From Desulfatiglandales bacterium (lineage in GTDB: Bacteria; Desulfobacterota; DSM-4660; Desulfatiglandales; Desulfatiglandaceae): a stretch of 64,000 nucleotides of DNA. The stretch lies in NCBI GenBank assembly GCA_963662465.1, contig OY759599.1, positions 1,504,001-1,568,000 on the forward strand, in the 5' to 3' direction. Under the pieces are notes generated by a model, which saw nothing but the letters and a program-made list of their open reading frames with translations, had not been told where the DNA came from and made no database searches. This document shows positions 39,062-50,302 of the stretch, piece after piece. Position numbers and translations under genes: made by a program. Position 1 is the stretch's first letter, and every line of letters starts with the position of its first letter.

Positions 39062-39320
39062 GTCTTTTCTCCTTATGATTTGTTTGACTTATTTAAAACC
39101 CCGGTTTTTGAACCGAACAATGATATGATTTTAATACCTGAAGATTAAGCAATACAGATGGCGATGTCAACCAGGGTTTAACATTTCATCGGTAATTGTC
39201 AGGTTGGGTTTTCCCCGCATTCTAAATTGTTGGGGAATGGAACAAAAATATTGACTGTAAACGTTGCATAAGGGTAAGATCTGCATCCAATTCGGATGCT
39301 ACGAGAAAGGGGGCCTGTAC

Positions 39321-39839
39321 ATGGAAGAGATTCTTAAAGGAAAAAGGGTTCTGATTGTTGACGATGAACCAGACATATTGGAAACTTTGGTGGAAATATT
39401 GGACATGTGTTTTATTGATACGGCGCCAAATTTTGAAACAGCTCGGAAGTTTTTGAATAGAAACCAGTACGATCTGGCCATTCTGGATATCATGGGGGTT
39501 AATGGATATGAACTCCTGAAAATGACGAATGAAAAAGGTATCCCCGCATTGATGCTCACGGCTCATGCGGTTAACCCGGAGAACCTGGTTAAATCCATAA
39601 CCGGCGGCGCTCGAAGCTATGTGCCAAAAGACAAGATCGCTGAGATTGATACCTATGTAGCGGATGTGTTGCGAACGGTCGAAGGGGGCGCGAATAAGCC
39701 AACAGACTGGTTTGGGAAACTTGAGCCCTTTTTTGATCGGAAATTCGGAAAGGGGTGGAAAGACAAACACCGAGAATTCTGGAAGGAGTTTGACAAAAAA
39801 TACCGGCCCACCAAGGGTGAGCTGAAGGACATTATGTAA
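39321..39839 (+). CDS. Response regulator receiver protein
   Basis: 'VLIVDDEPD', 'ILDIMG', 'MLTAHA', 'YVPK'. Confidence 0.9.
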   Translation: MEEILKGKRVLIVDDEPDILETLVEILDMCFIDTAPNFETARKFLNRNQYDLAILDIMGVNGYELLKMTNEKGIPALMLTAHAVNPENLVKSITGGARSYVPKDKIAEIDTYVADVLRTVEGGANKPTDWFGKLEPFFDRKFGKGWKDKHREFWKEFDKKYRPTKGELKDIM

Positions 39840-39854
39840 ACGAACAAAAAGATT

Positions 39855-40616
39855 TTATGAGGTTTTGTTATCGGTTTTGAGGGGTATTTTGACGAGGAAT
39901 TTTGCTCCTCGCCCCTCATCACTGTCCAACAGCATTTCACCCCCCAAATCTTCCACCAGGACCATTACCCCGGCCAGGCCCAGCCCGTGACCCCTGACAC
40001 TGCAGGTGCTGCTCGCTTCCAACTGAAAGTAGCATTCAAAAATCTTTTTGTGATAGGCAACGGGAATGCCCGCGCCATCGTCTTTAACCGACAAAACAAT
40101 AAAATCCTCCTGACGGTCAACGCTGAGTTCAACACGGGTTTTTCGATATTTCAATGCATTGCTTAGAAGGTTTCTTAAAATCTGTTTGACTTTTGTTTCA
40201 TCCTGGCAGATTTCTTGGGTCCACAATGTTTCATCGATAGAAAGATCGACGCCTTTTTCCGCCAATGTGTCTTTGAATTGCATAAGGGTTTTACATTTTT
40301 TGAGCTTTTCGGAGATGGTGGTGTCCGTGAGATCCAGAATTTCCACCAGTGTCTCTTCCAGAAAATTGGACAGCTTAAAGTTCGAAAAGAATAACATTCC
40401 TTCACCGGACCTCCCCAGTTCGAGGGCATCGCCAACCAGGGTTTTGAGAACCCGGGTATTTCGAAGCGCACGCTGGAAGACACGTTCTTGTTTTTCGGTA
40501 ATGGGTCCGTATTTCTCTTGTCGGTTCATCATGGAGGTTAACCCCGCTTCAATCACGGCAAGCGGTACTTTCAAATCGTGAATCAGGAGGTCAATTTTTA
40601 TTCTATCCCGTCGCAT
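39855..40616 (-). CDS. Cytoplasmic histidine kinase without sensor domain
   Basis: H-box 'IHDLKVPL', 'NLLSNALKY', 'DDGAGI', 'GHGLGL'; start at MRRDRIK. Confidence 0.88.
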   Translation of the reverse strand: MRRDRIKIDLLIHDLKVPLAVIEAGLTSMMNRQEKYGPITEKQERVFQRALRNTRVLKTLVGDALELGRSGEGMLFFSNFKLSNFLEETLVEILDLTDTTISEKLKKCKTLMQFKDTLAEKGVDLSIDETLWTQEICQDETKVKQILRNLLSNALKYRKTRVELSVDRQEDFIVLSVKDDGAGIPVAYHKKIFECYFQLEASSTCSVRGHGLGLAGVMVLVEDLGGEMLLDSDEGRGAKFLVKIPLKTDNKTS

Positions 40617-40892
40617 ATGCGAAGTTCCTTTGTTCTCTGGGTCTTGGGTGGGGGGTCTGTTCACGGTCGCGGTTACACCCCTTGTGACGGTGTGGCCCGG
40701 GGTGTTCTTGGACCGGTGCTTTCCAGCTTTTCTCAATCTATCAAGTATCTTAAAAAAAAGCAACTGGTAGGCCTCCTTTTTCCACTCCCCTCTTTCACGC
40801 TTGCCGCGAACAGGATTTACTGCTATGTAGTGCCTGAAACAAAACTCTGTTGCGGTAACCGGCATGTCGACCGGATTGCCGCGAGGTTAAGC

Positions 40893-41537
40893 ATGTCTTT
40901 TGATATTACACAGTGGATCGTAAAAATTCCGGTGTTGCTCTTTGCCATCACCCTTCACGAATACGCCCATGGCCGTGTTGCTTTTTACCTGGGAGATCCC
41001 ACGGCAAAACAGATGGGGAGATTGTCGTTCAATCCCCTTATTCATATTGACCCGCTGGGGGCCATCTGCCTGTTTCTCTTTAACTTCGGGTGGGCCAAGC
41101 CGGTGCCCGTGGATGTCCGGTATTTCAAAAATACCCGAAGAGATGTGATTCTCATGGCCCTTGCGGGTCCCATGGCCAATCTGTGCGTCGCTTTTATCGC
41201 CGGGATGCTCATCCGCTTCCTTGTTCTGCCTGTGGAGGTTTATCTGCAGGCGTTGTTGTGGTTGATACTCATGAATCTCGGATTGGGTCTTTTTAATCTC
41301 CTGCCTCTTCCGCCCCTTGATGGATCTCATGTTTTGGAAAACATCCTCCCTTTGGGCGCTGCTGAAAAGTTCCGGAAATGGGGGCGTTATGGGCCATTGG
41401 TACTCATCGGCGTCATCATGCTGGATAATTTCGCTCACACCGGGATTGTCAGCCGAATCCTGATGGGGCCCATGTTCAGTCTTGCGCACCTTTTTGCGGG
41501 AGACAACCTTTTCGCGCTATTGCCGCTGCTGCGGTAA
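40893..41537 (+). CDS. Site-2 protease (M50) family protein
   Basis: 'HEYAH', 'GDPTAK..GRLSFNP', 'FNLLPLPPLDG'. Confidence 0.92.
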   Translation: MSFDITQWIVKIPVLLFAITLHEYAHGRVAFYLGDPTAKQMGRLSFNPLIHIDPLGAICLFLFNFGWAKPVPVDVRYFKNTRRDVILMALAGPMANLCVAFIAGMLIRFLVLPVEVYLQALLWLILMNLGLGLFNLLPLPPLDGSHVLENILPLGAAEKFRKWGRYGPLVLIGVIMLDNFAHTGIVSRILMGPMFSLAHLFAGDNLFALLPLLR

Positions 41538-41587
41538 TAGGCGTCAAAAGCCTTTCAACCGGGACACTCTTTTTCGCCATCACCTTT

Positions 41588-42895
41588 TCATCGTTGCCTG
41601 AATATCAGCTTTATGGGGGTGCTGGTCAGGCCCAGGTGGAGCCGCAATTGATTGTTTAGAAACCGCTCGTATGAGAAATGCAGCATGTCAGGTCGGTTGA
41701 CGAATACCGCAAATGTCGGCGGTTTTGTACGGGTCTGGGTGGCATAGAAAAACTTGAGCCTTCCACGTCCGATCCTCGGGGGCGGATGTTTTTCGATCAC
41801 CTGTTGTATGGCGCGGTTGACAATGGCGGTGCTGATGCGCGTTGAAAATTGGTCATAGACCGTATCGATTTTGGAGAAAAGCGTCATGACCCGTTCGCCG
41901 GTGAGGGCGGACAGATTAATTTGCGGTGCAAAAGAAACAAATTTCAATTGTCTCTCAATGCCTTTTTTTAGCAATTCTTTTCTTTGTGCATCCCCCTTAA
42001 CCAGATCCCATTTATTGATCCCCAGGACAAGGCCCCGACCTTTTTCAAAAGCGTATCCGCAAATGCGGGCATCCTGATCGGAAATGTCTTCGGCGCCGTC
42101 CAGCAGAAGCACCGCCACGTGACAGCGGTCCAGGCTTTTGATGGCTTTGATCATGGAGAAGGTATCGATTTTTTCCTTTACCCTGGCCTTTCTGCGGATG
42201 CCGGCCGTATCGATTAACAGATATTCCCTGCCGCCATAGGAAAAAGGCGAGTCCACCGTATCGCGGGTGGTTCCGGGCAATTCGCTCACCACCAGCCGGT
42301 CCGCCTTGAGAATGCGATTGATGAGGGATGATTTCCCCACATTGGGCTTTCCCAGAATTGCGACCCGAATCTGGTCGGGGTTATCCGGGGTGCTCGGGGA
42401 AGGGGCGAGGTCCTGGATCAATTCATAGAGGAGGGCTTTAAGGCCGTAGCCATGAGCTGCTGAAATGGCGTGGACGGTTTCAAAACCCAGTTGATAAAAA
42501 TCATTGATCAGATGATCATGTTCGGGGCCATCGATTTTGTTGGCTGCAAGAAAAATTTTCTTATGGGTTCGCCGAAGAATCCCGGCCATTTCCTCATCGC
42601 CGGGCAATACGCCTTCCCGTCCGTCCACCATGAAGATCACCCGGTCCGCTTCCTTGATGGCTGTTTCCACCTGTGTTCTGACGCCTTTTTGAAGGGGGTC
42701 CTGCCCCAGGTCTTCAAAGCCGCCCGTGTCCACCAGCATCATTCGGATGCCCTCATGGGTAATGATTCCCTGGAGGCGGTCTCGGGTAATGCCCGGGCGA
42801 TTGTCCACGAGGGCATTTTTGGATCGGGTCAGCCGGTTGAAAAGCGAGGATTTTCCGACGTTGGGTCGTCCTACAATGGCGAGTATGGGTTCCAT
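41588..42895 (-). CDS. der: Ribosome biogenesis GTPase Der
   Basis: Two G-domains ('GRPNVGKSS', 'GKPNVGKSS'), 'DTAGIRRK', KH-like C-terminus. Confidence 0.96.
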   Translation of the reverse strand: MEPILAIVGRPNVGKSSLFNRLTRSKNALVDNRPGITRDRLQGIITHEGIRMMLVDTGGFEDLGQDPLQKGVRTQVETAIKEADRVIFMVDGREGVLPGDEEMAGILRRTHKKIFLAANKIDGPEHDHLINDFYQLGFETVHAISAAHGYGLKALLYELIQDLAPSPSTPDNPDQIRVAILGKPNVGKSSLINRILKADRLVVSELPGTTRDTVDSPFSYGGREYLLIDTAGIRRKARVKEKIDTFSMIKAIKSLDRCHVAVLLLDGAEDISDQDARICGYAFEKGRGLVLGINKWDLVKGDAQRKELLKKGIERQLKFVSFAPQINLSALTGERVMTLFSKIDTVYDQFSTRISTAIVNRAIQQVIEKHPPPRIGRGRLKFFYATQTRTKPPTFAVFVNRPDMLHFSYERFLNNQLRLHLGLTSTPIKLIFRQR

Positions 42896-42896
42896 A

Positions 42897-43376
42897 TCAG
42901 CTCCGCCCTCCCCCTGGGCCGTAATCAATGGGCGGCAAGGGAATATCTTCCACTTCCAGTGTTTCGGGATCGATCTGTTTGATCACGATTTGTTCAGTGG
43001 GCGATGTGTAGATATACCCGAAAAAGACGTTTTCGGGGCTCAGGATTTCATAGAGCATGGGCGGAAAATTGACATAGGATTCCAGCCATCCAACAATTTC
43101 TTCAACAACGGACGCGTCGGTCACGGGCATCCATTTCTCTCCCATGAGGCGTTTGCCGTCCGCCCTGGGCCCGAACATGATGGCTGACGGTGAATCGGTT
43201 GAGAGACCGGCATAAAGAATGTCGTAATTTTGCCAGTTTTCCTTGAGTTGTTGAATGGTCAGGTTATGATCACCTGATGTCATCCGGGTTTTGCCGTAGT
43301 TTCCCAGGCATCCGGAAAAAAACAACAGGAGTACGGAAATACCTGTCAAAAAGAGTACGGGTTTAATGGCTTTCAT
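42897..43376 (-). CDS. Putative lipoprotein
   Basis: Signal peptide with lipobox 'FSGC'. Confidence 0.7.
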   Translation of the reverse strand: MKAIKPVLFLTGISVLLLFFSGCLGNYGKTRMTSGDHNLTIQQLKENWQNYDILYAGLSTDSPSAIMFGPRADGKRLMGEKWMPVTDASVVEEIVGWLESYVNFPPMLYEILSPENVFFGYIYTSPTEQIVIKQIDPETLEVEDIPLPPIDYGPGGGRS

Positions 43377-43519
43377 TTCAAAGCCTCCTTTCCAGATAGC
43401 TTTGTCATCAATTCTTCAATTTCATGAATTAACGCAGGACGATTGGGATATGGATAAACTACTTGAAGCAGTCTGGCATACCCACACAGATTAGGCAAGG
43501 GAAAATCATTCAAAATGAT

Positions 43520-46500
43520 TTATGCTTCCTGGTTCACTTTTCTTTGGGGATGAAACAACGAATAGACCGCTGGGATAAGGACCAAGGTGATCAACGTTGA
43601 TCCGGTAAGCCCTCCTACAACCGCACGGGCCAGGGGGGCCTGGGCGTCCGCGCCCTCGCCGATGCCGAGCGCCAGGGGCAACAGGCCCAGGATCGTCGTC
43701 AGCGTCGTCATGAGAATCGGCCGCAGCCTGCGGCGACCGGCCTCGGTCAGGGCATCAGGTGTATTCATACCGGCGCGAACCAGTTGACCGGCCTGGTCTA
43801 CCAGTAAAACGGCGTTGTTGACCACAATTCCCCCCAGCATGATGCAGCCGATGTAGGATTGAACATTCAGTGTGGTTTTGGTGATGAACAGCGTGACCAA
43901 TACCCCCACCGCCGCCAGGGGTACGGAAAACATCACCACCAGTGGGTCCCTGAGCGACTCGTATTGACAGGCCAGTACCATGTATACCAGGAGCAGGGCC
44001 AGAACAATTGAGGTTGCCATTTCGCCGAATGCCTTCTGCTGCTCTTCGAAATTACCGGCCACCATCAGGTCATACCCCATGGGACGGGGGATCCCGTTAA
44101 GCAGGGTCTGTACGTCCCGGGCCACGGAACCCAGGTCGCGCCCCGCAACGTTGGCCTGGACGGTAACCATTCGCTGCTGGTTTTTTCGGTCGATCAAAAG
44201 GGGGCCGCGTCCCTGTTTAGTGGTGACGAGGTTACGCAGCGCCACCTGTTCGCCGTTCCCGGTGGCCAATGTCAAGCCCAGAATTTCGTCCAGGGACCGT
44301 TTTTCGGCATCTTTCAGCTGAACGAGAATACGATAGGAATTACCCCCTGTTCGGTACTCCCCCGCTTTGGAACCGGCCACCGCTGTTTCCAGGAGCTGTG
44401 TCACGTTGCGAACGGTGAGGTCCAGGTCGGCGATTTTGCTTCGGTCCACCTGAATGTCCTGCTGAGGGACGCCTGCCTCGATACTGGTCTGAACATCCGT
44501 TATCCCCGGCACATCTTTAATAACCTCCGCTACCCTTTGGACCAGAGCGTTTAGAACGCTCAGTTCGAATCCTCGAATCTCGATGGTCAACCCTTCATCG
44601 CCGCCCAGGATTCGTTCCAGAAGGAACTGGCCCTTCGGTGCACGAACACGAATTTCCATGCCGGGGATGCTGCCCTCCAACCGGCGACGCAGGTCCTGTG
44701 CGATGTCATCGTTGGACCGATTCCGCTGTGCAGCTGGCGTAAGCGACAGGATTATTTCGCCTTCCGCGGCCGCGTCGGCTCTGCGACCGGAGGCCCCTAC
44801 CGTGACCACGGAAGCCACCGTCTCAGGCACGGCGGGGTAGACGATTTTTTCCATTTTGCGTGTTTGCTGATCCACCAGCGCCAGCCGGGTGCCGATTTCC
44901 ATCTTGCCGGTGATACGCACCTCTCCCTCATCGCTGGGGGGAAGGAACTCGCTGCCGATCATGGGCAGGAGCAAGAGGCTTAAGGCCAACAGGGCAGCCG
45001 ACACAAAGACGGTAACCAGGCGATGGGTCAACGCCTTTTTCAGCAGGCGCAGGTAGGCGTTGTCGAGACCCAGGAAAAGGGTGTTGGAAGAAGCGATCAA
45101 TCTTTTGATAAATATCCGTTGCTGTTTGCGGGGTTCCAGAGATGAGGTAAGGAGTCTGGACGCCAGCATGGGCACCAGTGTCAGGGAGACCGCCAGGGAA
45201 CAGATCAGAGAGAAGATGATCACGTAAGCCAGTTCCTTGAAAAGGATGCCCGCTACTCCCTGCACAAATACCAGCGGCAGGAAAATCACAAGGGTGGTGA
45301 TGGTGCTGGCGACGATGGCCATACTGACTTCCCGTGCCCCTTCCACGGCGGAAACGTCCGGCAACTCACTGTTCTCACAACCGCGGCGGAAAATATTTTC
45401 CAGAACAACGATGGAGCTATCAACCATCATGCCCACGCCCAACGCCAGCCCGCCCAAGGTCATGAGGTTGAGGGTGAACCCTCCGAAATACATCAGGGCA
45501 AAGGTGGCAATGATCGAGATGGGGATGGACAGGGAGATAATGATGGTGCTGCGCAGGTTGCGCAGGAAAAACAGTAACACCAGAATCGCCAGCCCACCGC
45601 CGTACAGTACCGACCGGGCGACGTTTTTAATGGACCGCTCAATGAAATTTCCCTGGTTGATGACCGGGACGATGTGGATCTGTGGAAAGGCGTCGTTGAC
45701 CGCCTTGATTTCGGCCAGAACCCGCTTGGATACCTCCACCGTATTGGCATTGGCCTGTTTACGAATGGCCACCCGGATGCCCTGTGTACCATTGACTCTC
45801 GTTATCCGTGTCAACTTTTCGTAGGTGTCTTCGATGTCCGCGATTTGACGAAGGGTGACGGCTGCGCCGTCCCGCTTTACAATGACAGTATCCCGAATCT
45901 GGTCCAGGTTGGTGAATTCGGCGGGCGCTCGGAGCATGACCTCATAACGCCCCTGTTCGATCTTGCCTGTAGGCAGATCCAGGTTGGCGTCATTGATGGC
46001 GGCAATCACGCGGTCCATGGAGAGCCCCAGGGCTTTGACCCGATCGGGGTCCAGTTCGATGCGAACCTCGCGGTTAAACCCTCCCCAGGTGTCCACCTGT
46101 GCAACGCCCGGAATGTGGGCGAACCGATATCGGATTTGAACTTCAATTAACTCGGTGAGTTCCACCGGATCCAGGCCGCTGGAAATGCCCAGCACCACCA
46201 CCGGAAAACTGGCAATATCAAACTTTCGAATGCGGGGCCTGACGACATCTTCCGGCAACTCGTTGATTTCATTTTCCAGCATGCCCTGAACGTCGATGGC
46301 AGCGGCATCAATTTTCGTGCCCCATGCGAAGCTGACGCGAACATTGCTGTTGCCTTCCGAGGATGTGGAACTGATTTCCTCCACGCCGGGGACCGTGGCG
46401 ACGATTTCTTCAATGATCTGTGTTACCAGCCGTTCCATGACTTCCGGGCCGGCCCCCTCGTACTCGGTGCGGATGCTCAATGTGGGCATTTCGATATCAG

Positions 46501-46612
46501 GCAGCATGTCGATTTGCAAGCGGCTCAGGGAGACGGTGCCAAGGATGACTACAATCAGGGTGACCATGGTGGTAAAGATGGGGCGCCGAACGCTGAATCC
46601 CGGCATGTTCAC
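43520..46612 (-). CDS. RND efflux transporter permease (AcrB family)
   Basis: 1030 aa; '[14 protein letters not shown]', 'RLRPILMTT'. Confidence 0.95.
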   Translation of the reverse strand: MNMPGFSVRRPIFTTMVTLIVVILGTVSLSRLQIDMLPDIEMPTLSIRTEYEGAGPEVMERLVTQIIEEIVATVPGVEEISSTSSEGNSNVRVSFAWGTKIDAAAIDVQGMLENEINELPEDVVRPRIRKFDIASFPVVVLGISSGLDPVELTELIEVQIRYRFAHIPGVAQVDTWGGFNREVRIELDPDRVKALGLSMDRVIAAINDANLDLPTGKIEQGRYEVMLRAPAEFTNLDQIRDTVIVKRDGAAVTLRQIADIEDTYEKLTRITRVNGTQGIRVAIRKQANANTVEVSKRVLAEIKAVNDAFPQIHIVPVINQGNFIERSIKNVARSVLYGGGLAILVLLFFLRNLRSTIIISLSIPISIIATFALMYFGGFTLNLMTLGGLALGVGMMVDSSIVVLENIFRRGCENSELPDVSAVEGAREVSMAIVASTITTLVIFLPLVFVQGVAGILFKELAYVIIFSLICSLAVSLTLVPMLASRLLTSSLEPRKQQRIFIKRLIASSNTLFLGLDNAYLRLLKKALTHRLVTVFVSAALLALSLLLLPMIGSEFLPPSDEGEVRITGKMEIGTRLALVDQQTRKMEKIVYPAVPETVASVVTVGASGRRADAAAEGEIILSLTPAAQRNRSNDDIAQDLRRRLEGSIPGMEIRVRAPKGQFLLERILGGDEGLTIEIRGFELSVLNALVQRVAEVIKDVPGITDVQTSIEAGVPQQDIQVDRSKIADLDLTVRNVTQLLETAVAGSKAGEYRTGGNSYRILVQLKDAEKRSLDEILGLTLATGNGEQVALRNLVTTKQGRGPLLIDRKNQQRMVTVQANVAGRDLGSVARDVQTLLNGIPRPMGYDLMVAGNFEEQQKAFGEMATSIVLALLLVYMVLACQYESLRDPLVVMFSVPLAAVGVLVTLFITKTTLNVQSYIGCIMLGGIVVNNAVLLVDQAGQLVRAGMNTPDALTEAGRRRLRPILMTTLTTILGLLPLALGIGEGADAQAPLARAVVGGLTGSTLITLVLIPAVYSLFHPQRKVNQEA

Positions 46613-47823
46613 GATATGGGTTCCTCCTCGGAATCGATTTTAATTTCATGTTGCTTCTCGGGAATTGTGACGGCCGAACCGTTCTTTAACAGCTGTTGCC
46701 CCAGAATAACCACTTGGCCGGACAACCCTTCGCCTTCTACCTGCACCCGACCCTCCTCCCGAATGCCCACTTTTACCGCACGCCAGATAACCGATTTTCC
46801 ATCCTTACTCACCACAAATACCCCATGCAGGCCGTCACGGGTGGTCAAAGCCTGTTCGGGGACAATGGTGGTGTCAAGCACCCGTTTCAGCACCACCGTG
46901 GCCCGAATGAACATGCCCGGTTTGAGCCGGTGTCCCGGATTTTCAATGATCATTTCCACCCGGGCCTGGCGCGTGGCTTTTTGGAAAACGGGGGCAATAC
47001 GATCGATTCGACCGAAAAACGCTGCGTCCAAATAGGCATCCGTCGTCAATGAAACGGTCTGTCCTGGTCTTAGATGTGCATAATCTTTTTCGGTTGCATA
47101 AACCACACCCAGAATGGGGTCCAGTTCAACAATCAGCAGGAGGGGCTGGTTGGCCGCAACGGTCTGACCTTCATCGTAATAACGATCGGCCACAATGCGA
47201 TCATCGCCGCCGCCGCTCCAGCTGGCTGTGACTTGATTGTACCCGAGCCGAATGTTTGCCGTTTCCAGCGATGATGCCGCTTTGGCTACCTGGGCTTCCG
47301 CCACCTGGAGTTGTGCCTGCCTGGTCAGTTGATCCGCCTGGCGCGTATCGAACTCGGAATCGGACGCGATGCCGCGCTTGAGCAGTTGCCGGGTGCGCTC
47401 AAACTCTCGGTTCGCGATGGCAAGCGCGCTCTTCGCCATGGCCAGATTGGCTTTTGCCACCACCAGATCGGCTTTTGCCTGGGCCACAGCCTGAACATAC
47501 TCGGCGTTGTCGAGTTCCCCGACAACCTGTCCCCGCTTGACGATATCCGAAATATTAACCAGGAGCTTCTCGACACGCCCGCTGACTTTCGGCGCCACCA
47601 CGAACTCGGCCAGGGCCTCCAGTGCGCCACTGAAAGACCTCTTTAACACCATGGGGCCACGCTGAATCAGGGCGACTTCCACCGGCAACGATCGTGATGC
47701 ATTGCCACCTTTGCCTGGGGCCTCATGATCCTGAATTTGACGGAAGATCAGCCAGCCTGCGCTTGCTGCAACCCCAAGTAGAAGGAGAACCGGAATAAGC
47801 ATTTTCAGACTGGGGGTCTTCAT
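46609..47823 (-). CDS. RND periplasmic adaptor (membrane fusion protein)
   Basis: 'VAPKVSGRV', coiled coil, 'LKPGMF'; coupled to the permease. Confidence 0.93.
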   Translation of the reverse strand: MKTPSLKMLIPVLLLLGVAASAGWLIFRQIQDHEAPGKGGNASRSLPVEVALIQRGPMVLKRSFSGALEALAEFVVAPKVSGRVEKLLVNISDIVKRGQVVGELDNAEYVQAVAQAKADLVVAKANLAMAKSALAIANREFERTRQLLKRGIASDSEFDTRQADQLTRQAQLQVAEAQVAKAASSLETANIRLGYNQVTASWSGGGDDRIVADRYYDEGQTVAANQPLLLIVELDPILGVVYATEKDYAHLRPGQTVSLTTDAYLDAAFFGRIDRIAPVFQKATRQARVEMIIENPGHRLKPGMFIRATVVLKRVLDTTIVPEQALTTRDGLHGVFVVSKDGKSVIWRAVKVGIREEGRVQVEGEGLSGQVVILGQQLLKNGSAVTIPEKQHEIKIDSEEEPIS

Positions 47824-48587
47824 GCTAAACCATCCTGATTGTCTTTATTGGAATGAAAAATCCTTGACCTCATCTTCTCATACGCCAATTCCATCAAGGG
47901 TTCCAGGTTGATGATATCGGCGCTGTTATAGGAAATTAAGGTTTTCAGCGCTTTTTTATCACCTCGCCGGTATTTCCGCCAGAGCCTGACCGCTTCAAAG
48001 CCGTCCACACCCTCTATGTCCGTGCCCCGGGTGATGCCCATCTTCTTTTCAATCCGTTTCAGCCCCCCCTCGTAACCCAGTTTTTTGAGAAGGAATCTTA
48101 GATCAATATGACCCGGGGGCAATGAAATTCCCGGAAAGCAGCTTCGGATAAAGGGCAGGTCAAAGCAGGCGCCGTTGAAGGTGATGACCAGATCATAGGC
48201 GGCCACGGCCATTTCAAATGCATCGAGGTTTTTTCCGTTCACGAAGGTCTGGACCCTGGCGCCGTCGTAAAGTCCGATGACGGTGATGTCATTGTTCCAT
48301 TGATCATAGCCGCTGGTTTCAATATCCAGATAAACGGCCCGATGTTTGAACCCATCAAAGAGGCGCCACATTTCCCCGGAAGGCAATCTTTCGCTGAAAA
48401 AACCGATATCGTCCCGGTGCGCCAAGGAAATTTCTAAATTCTGACGGATCAAACCGTCCCTTGCCGGGGAAAAAACAGGTTTTTCATGTTGCAGAAAATC
48501 CTGCCACCTGTAAATTCCCCTGCGCCGGAGATTCTGTTCCGTTTTTACGCCGATCCCCGGTATATGGATAAAGGTATATTCAAGCAT
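47820..48587 (-). CDS. RNase H-like exonuclease (YprB-like)
   Basis: 'HIPGIG', 'YLDIETSG', 'TFNGACFDLP', 'YNSADI'. Confidence 0.85.
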   Translation of the reverse strand: MLEYTFIHIPGIGVKTEQNLRRRGIYRWQDFLQHEKPVFSPARDGLIRQNLEISLAHRDDIGFFSERLPSGEMWRLFDGFKHRAVYLDIETSGYDQWNNDITVIGLYDGARVQTFVNGKNLDAFEMAVAAYDLVITFNGACFDLPFIRSCFPGISLPPGHIDLRFLLKKLGYEGGLKRIEKKMGITRGTDIEGVDGFEAVRLWRKYRRGDKKALKTLISYNSADIINLEPLMELAYEKMRSRIFHSNKDNQDGLA

Positions 48588-48588
48588 A

Positions 48589-48621
48589 TTAAGTTTTAAG
48601 TTTTAAGTTTTACGTTTTAAG
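48589..48621. repeat. Heptamer tandem repeat (AGTTTTA-like)
   Basis: ttaagttttaagttttaagttttacgttttaag. Confidence 0.85.
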
Positions 48622-48625
48622 ACCA

Positions 48626-49825
48626 TCAACATTTAAACATCCCGTTTTCATATATCACGACATTTTCTCCGGACTTCAAATGGGCCGTGACGGTTTTGGG
48701 TTCGGTGTTGACCAGGTCCCAGTGAAGGGCGGAATCGTTGAAGCCCAGGTCTTTTTTCATTTCTTCCGTGAGGGTGGCGGGATCCCCATCAAAGGTATCC
48801 GAGTAGGAGGCGCCCACGGCCAGGTGACAGTTGCCGTTGTCTCCGCCGAAGTTTTCATCATAGAGGGTGTTGGCCATGAAGCGGTCGATTTTGGAAAACC
48901 GTTTATCTGTCAGGGAAAACTCCCCAACCTGGGCCGCCCCTTCATCCATTTTCAGCTGTTTTTGGGTGAAGGCTTCCCCTTTTTTGGCCTTGATTTTGGT
49001 GACGACCCCTTCGTGGAAAGTCAGGTTGACCTCTTCCACATAGTTCCCGCTTCTGAAGGAGGGCTGGTTGGCAAAATAGACGCCTTCGGTGCCGCGCCAG
49101 TCAGGCGAGATAAACAGTTCAAAACTGGGGATGTTATGCCCGGATATGCCGATCCATTTTCGTCGTTCCCCCGGTGTGATTTTTAGATCAGTCCTCTCCG
49201 ACTCAACATGATAATGCTCGACATCCATGCTGTTCATCCATTTCTTGATGTCCATGGCGTCGTTATAGACGGTCTCCCAGGCTTTTACCGGGTCGGGCTG
49301 GTCCAGATAGCAAGCCTTTATGACCTGATGTGTGTATTCTTCAAGGGTCAGTTTGGCTTGTTTGGCCAATTCCTCGGTGGGGACGGTGCATAAGGTCCAT
49401 CCCAATTCTCCCCGTTCTTCCCGCTTCCGCATGATGTCCCGAAAGGGCTTCATGGCTACAGCGACCTTGCCGATGCGTTTGGGGTCAATGTCCGCCAGGT
49501 GGGTTAAGGAAGTGGGGGCATGGAGGAAAATCCTGCCGTTGAGGTTTTTAAAGAGTTCTTCATCCCATGAGCCCATGAAAACCAGTTGTTTTTCATCTGA
49601 TTTTTCATAAAAATCATGTTCCATGGTCGTTGTTCGACCTGAGCGCATGACCGGATGAACCCCCAACTCCAGGAGTTTTCCATGAAGCGCTTCAGCCAGT
49701 CCCACCGCTGGAAGGTCAAATTGAACCATAACCACGTCTTCCTTTTGAAAGGCGCCGCTCCTGGCTTTCTTGAGTCCCCACAGCAGGACGTCGGCGTACA
49801 TATCCATCTGATTTTTTGTTAACAT
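48626..49825 (-). CDS. Aminopeptidase, M29 (PepS/AmpS) family
   Basis: 'NIPSFELF', 'VGEF', 'LYDEN..CHLAVG', 'NDSALHWD'. Confidence 0.9.
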   Translation of the reverse strand: MLTKNQMDMYADVLLWGLKKARSGAFQKEDVVMVQFDLPAVGLAEALHGKLLELGVHPVMRSGRTTTMEHDFYEKSDEKQLVFMGSWDEELFKNLNGRIFLHAPTSLTHLADIDPKRIGKVAVAMKPFRDIMRKREERGELGWTLCTVPTEELAKQAKLTLEEYTHQVIKACYLDQPDPVKAWETVYNDAMDIKKWMNSMDVEHYHVESERTDLKITPGERRKWIGISGHNIPSFELFISPDWRGTEGVYFANQPSFRSGNYVEEVNLTFHEGVVTKIKAKKGEAFTQKQLKMDEGAAQVGEFSLTDKRFSKIDRFMANTLYDENFGGDNGNCHLAVGASYSDTFDGDPATLTEEMKKDLGFNDSALHWDLVNTEPKTVTAHLKSGENVVIYENGMFKC

Positions 49826-49849
49826 TAGTAATTCTCCTTAGTTTGGTTG

Positions 49850-50302
49850 TTAACTCAGCATGTTTTCTCTGATCTCTTTTCCGGGGAGTTGGGAACGAAT
49901 AGCGCCATGAATATAAAGCCCCAGACCTAAGATTCTGTGATCCCCCAGGGTCAGAATGACATACCCTTTCTCCAGCTTCGCATCAACGGGAATCTCGCCG
50001 GTCAGGATGAGGGTTTGAAGTTGCGCCATGTCCATATGGAACATGTTTTTTGTGGCAAACCGACCGAAAAACTGGATGAAACGCGTGGTGGGTTTTAAAA
50101 ATTGGCCCACCCTTCGAAAGGCTCTCAGGCCGACCCTTGAAACCTTCAGGTGCGCCGCATTTTTCACCTGTTCGGATTTTCGCATGATAAACCATCCCTT
50201 CTTTCTTTCAAAGAGAAGGTAGTCATCTAAAATCGTCAGGGGGATTCCGAATCGTTCCAGCAGAAAAGCTGAAAGCGCTTGCCGACTACCATTTTCGGCC
50301 AA
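49850..50302 (-). CDS. Hypothetical protein resembling RsmF/YebU C-terminal (PUA-like) region
   Basis: 'ERFGIP', 'GLRAFR..KPTT..Q.FG', 'GYVIL..LGLG'; overlaps the methyltransferase stop; start uncertain. Confidence 0.55.
   Translation of the reverse strand: MAENGSRQALSAFLLERFGIPLTILDDYLLFERKKGWFIMRKSEQVKNAAHLKVSRVGLRAFRRVGQFLKPTTRFIQFFGRFATKNMFHMDMAQLQTLILTGEIPVDAKLEKGYVILTLGDHRILGLGLYIHGAIRSQLPGKEIRENMLS

Noticed and set aside
40578..40892. Overlapping N-terminal extensions of the kinase (to 40865) and site-2 protease (from 40578)
   Set aside because: Family motifs begin at 40616 and 40893; the gap is a divergent promoter region
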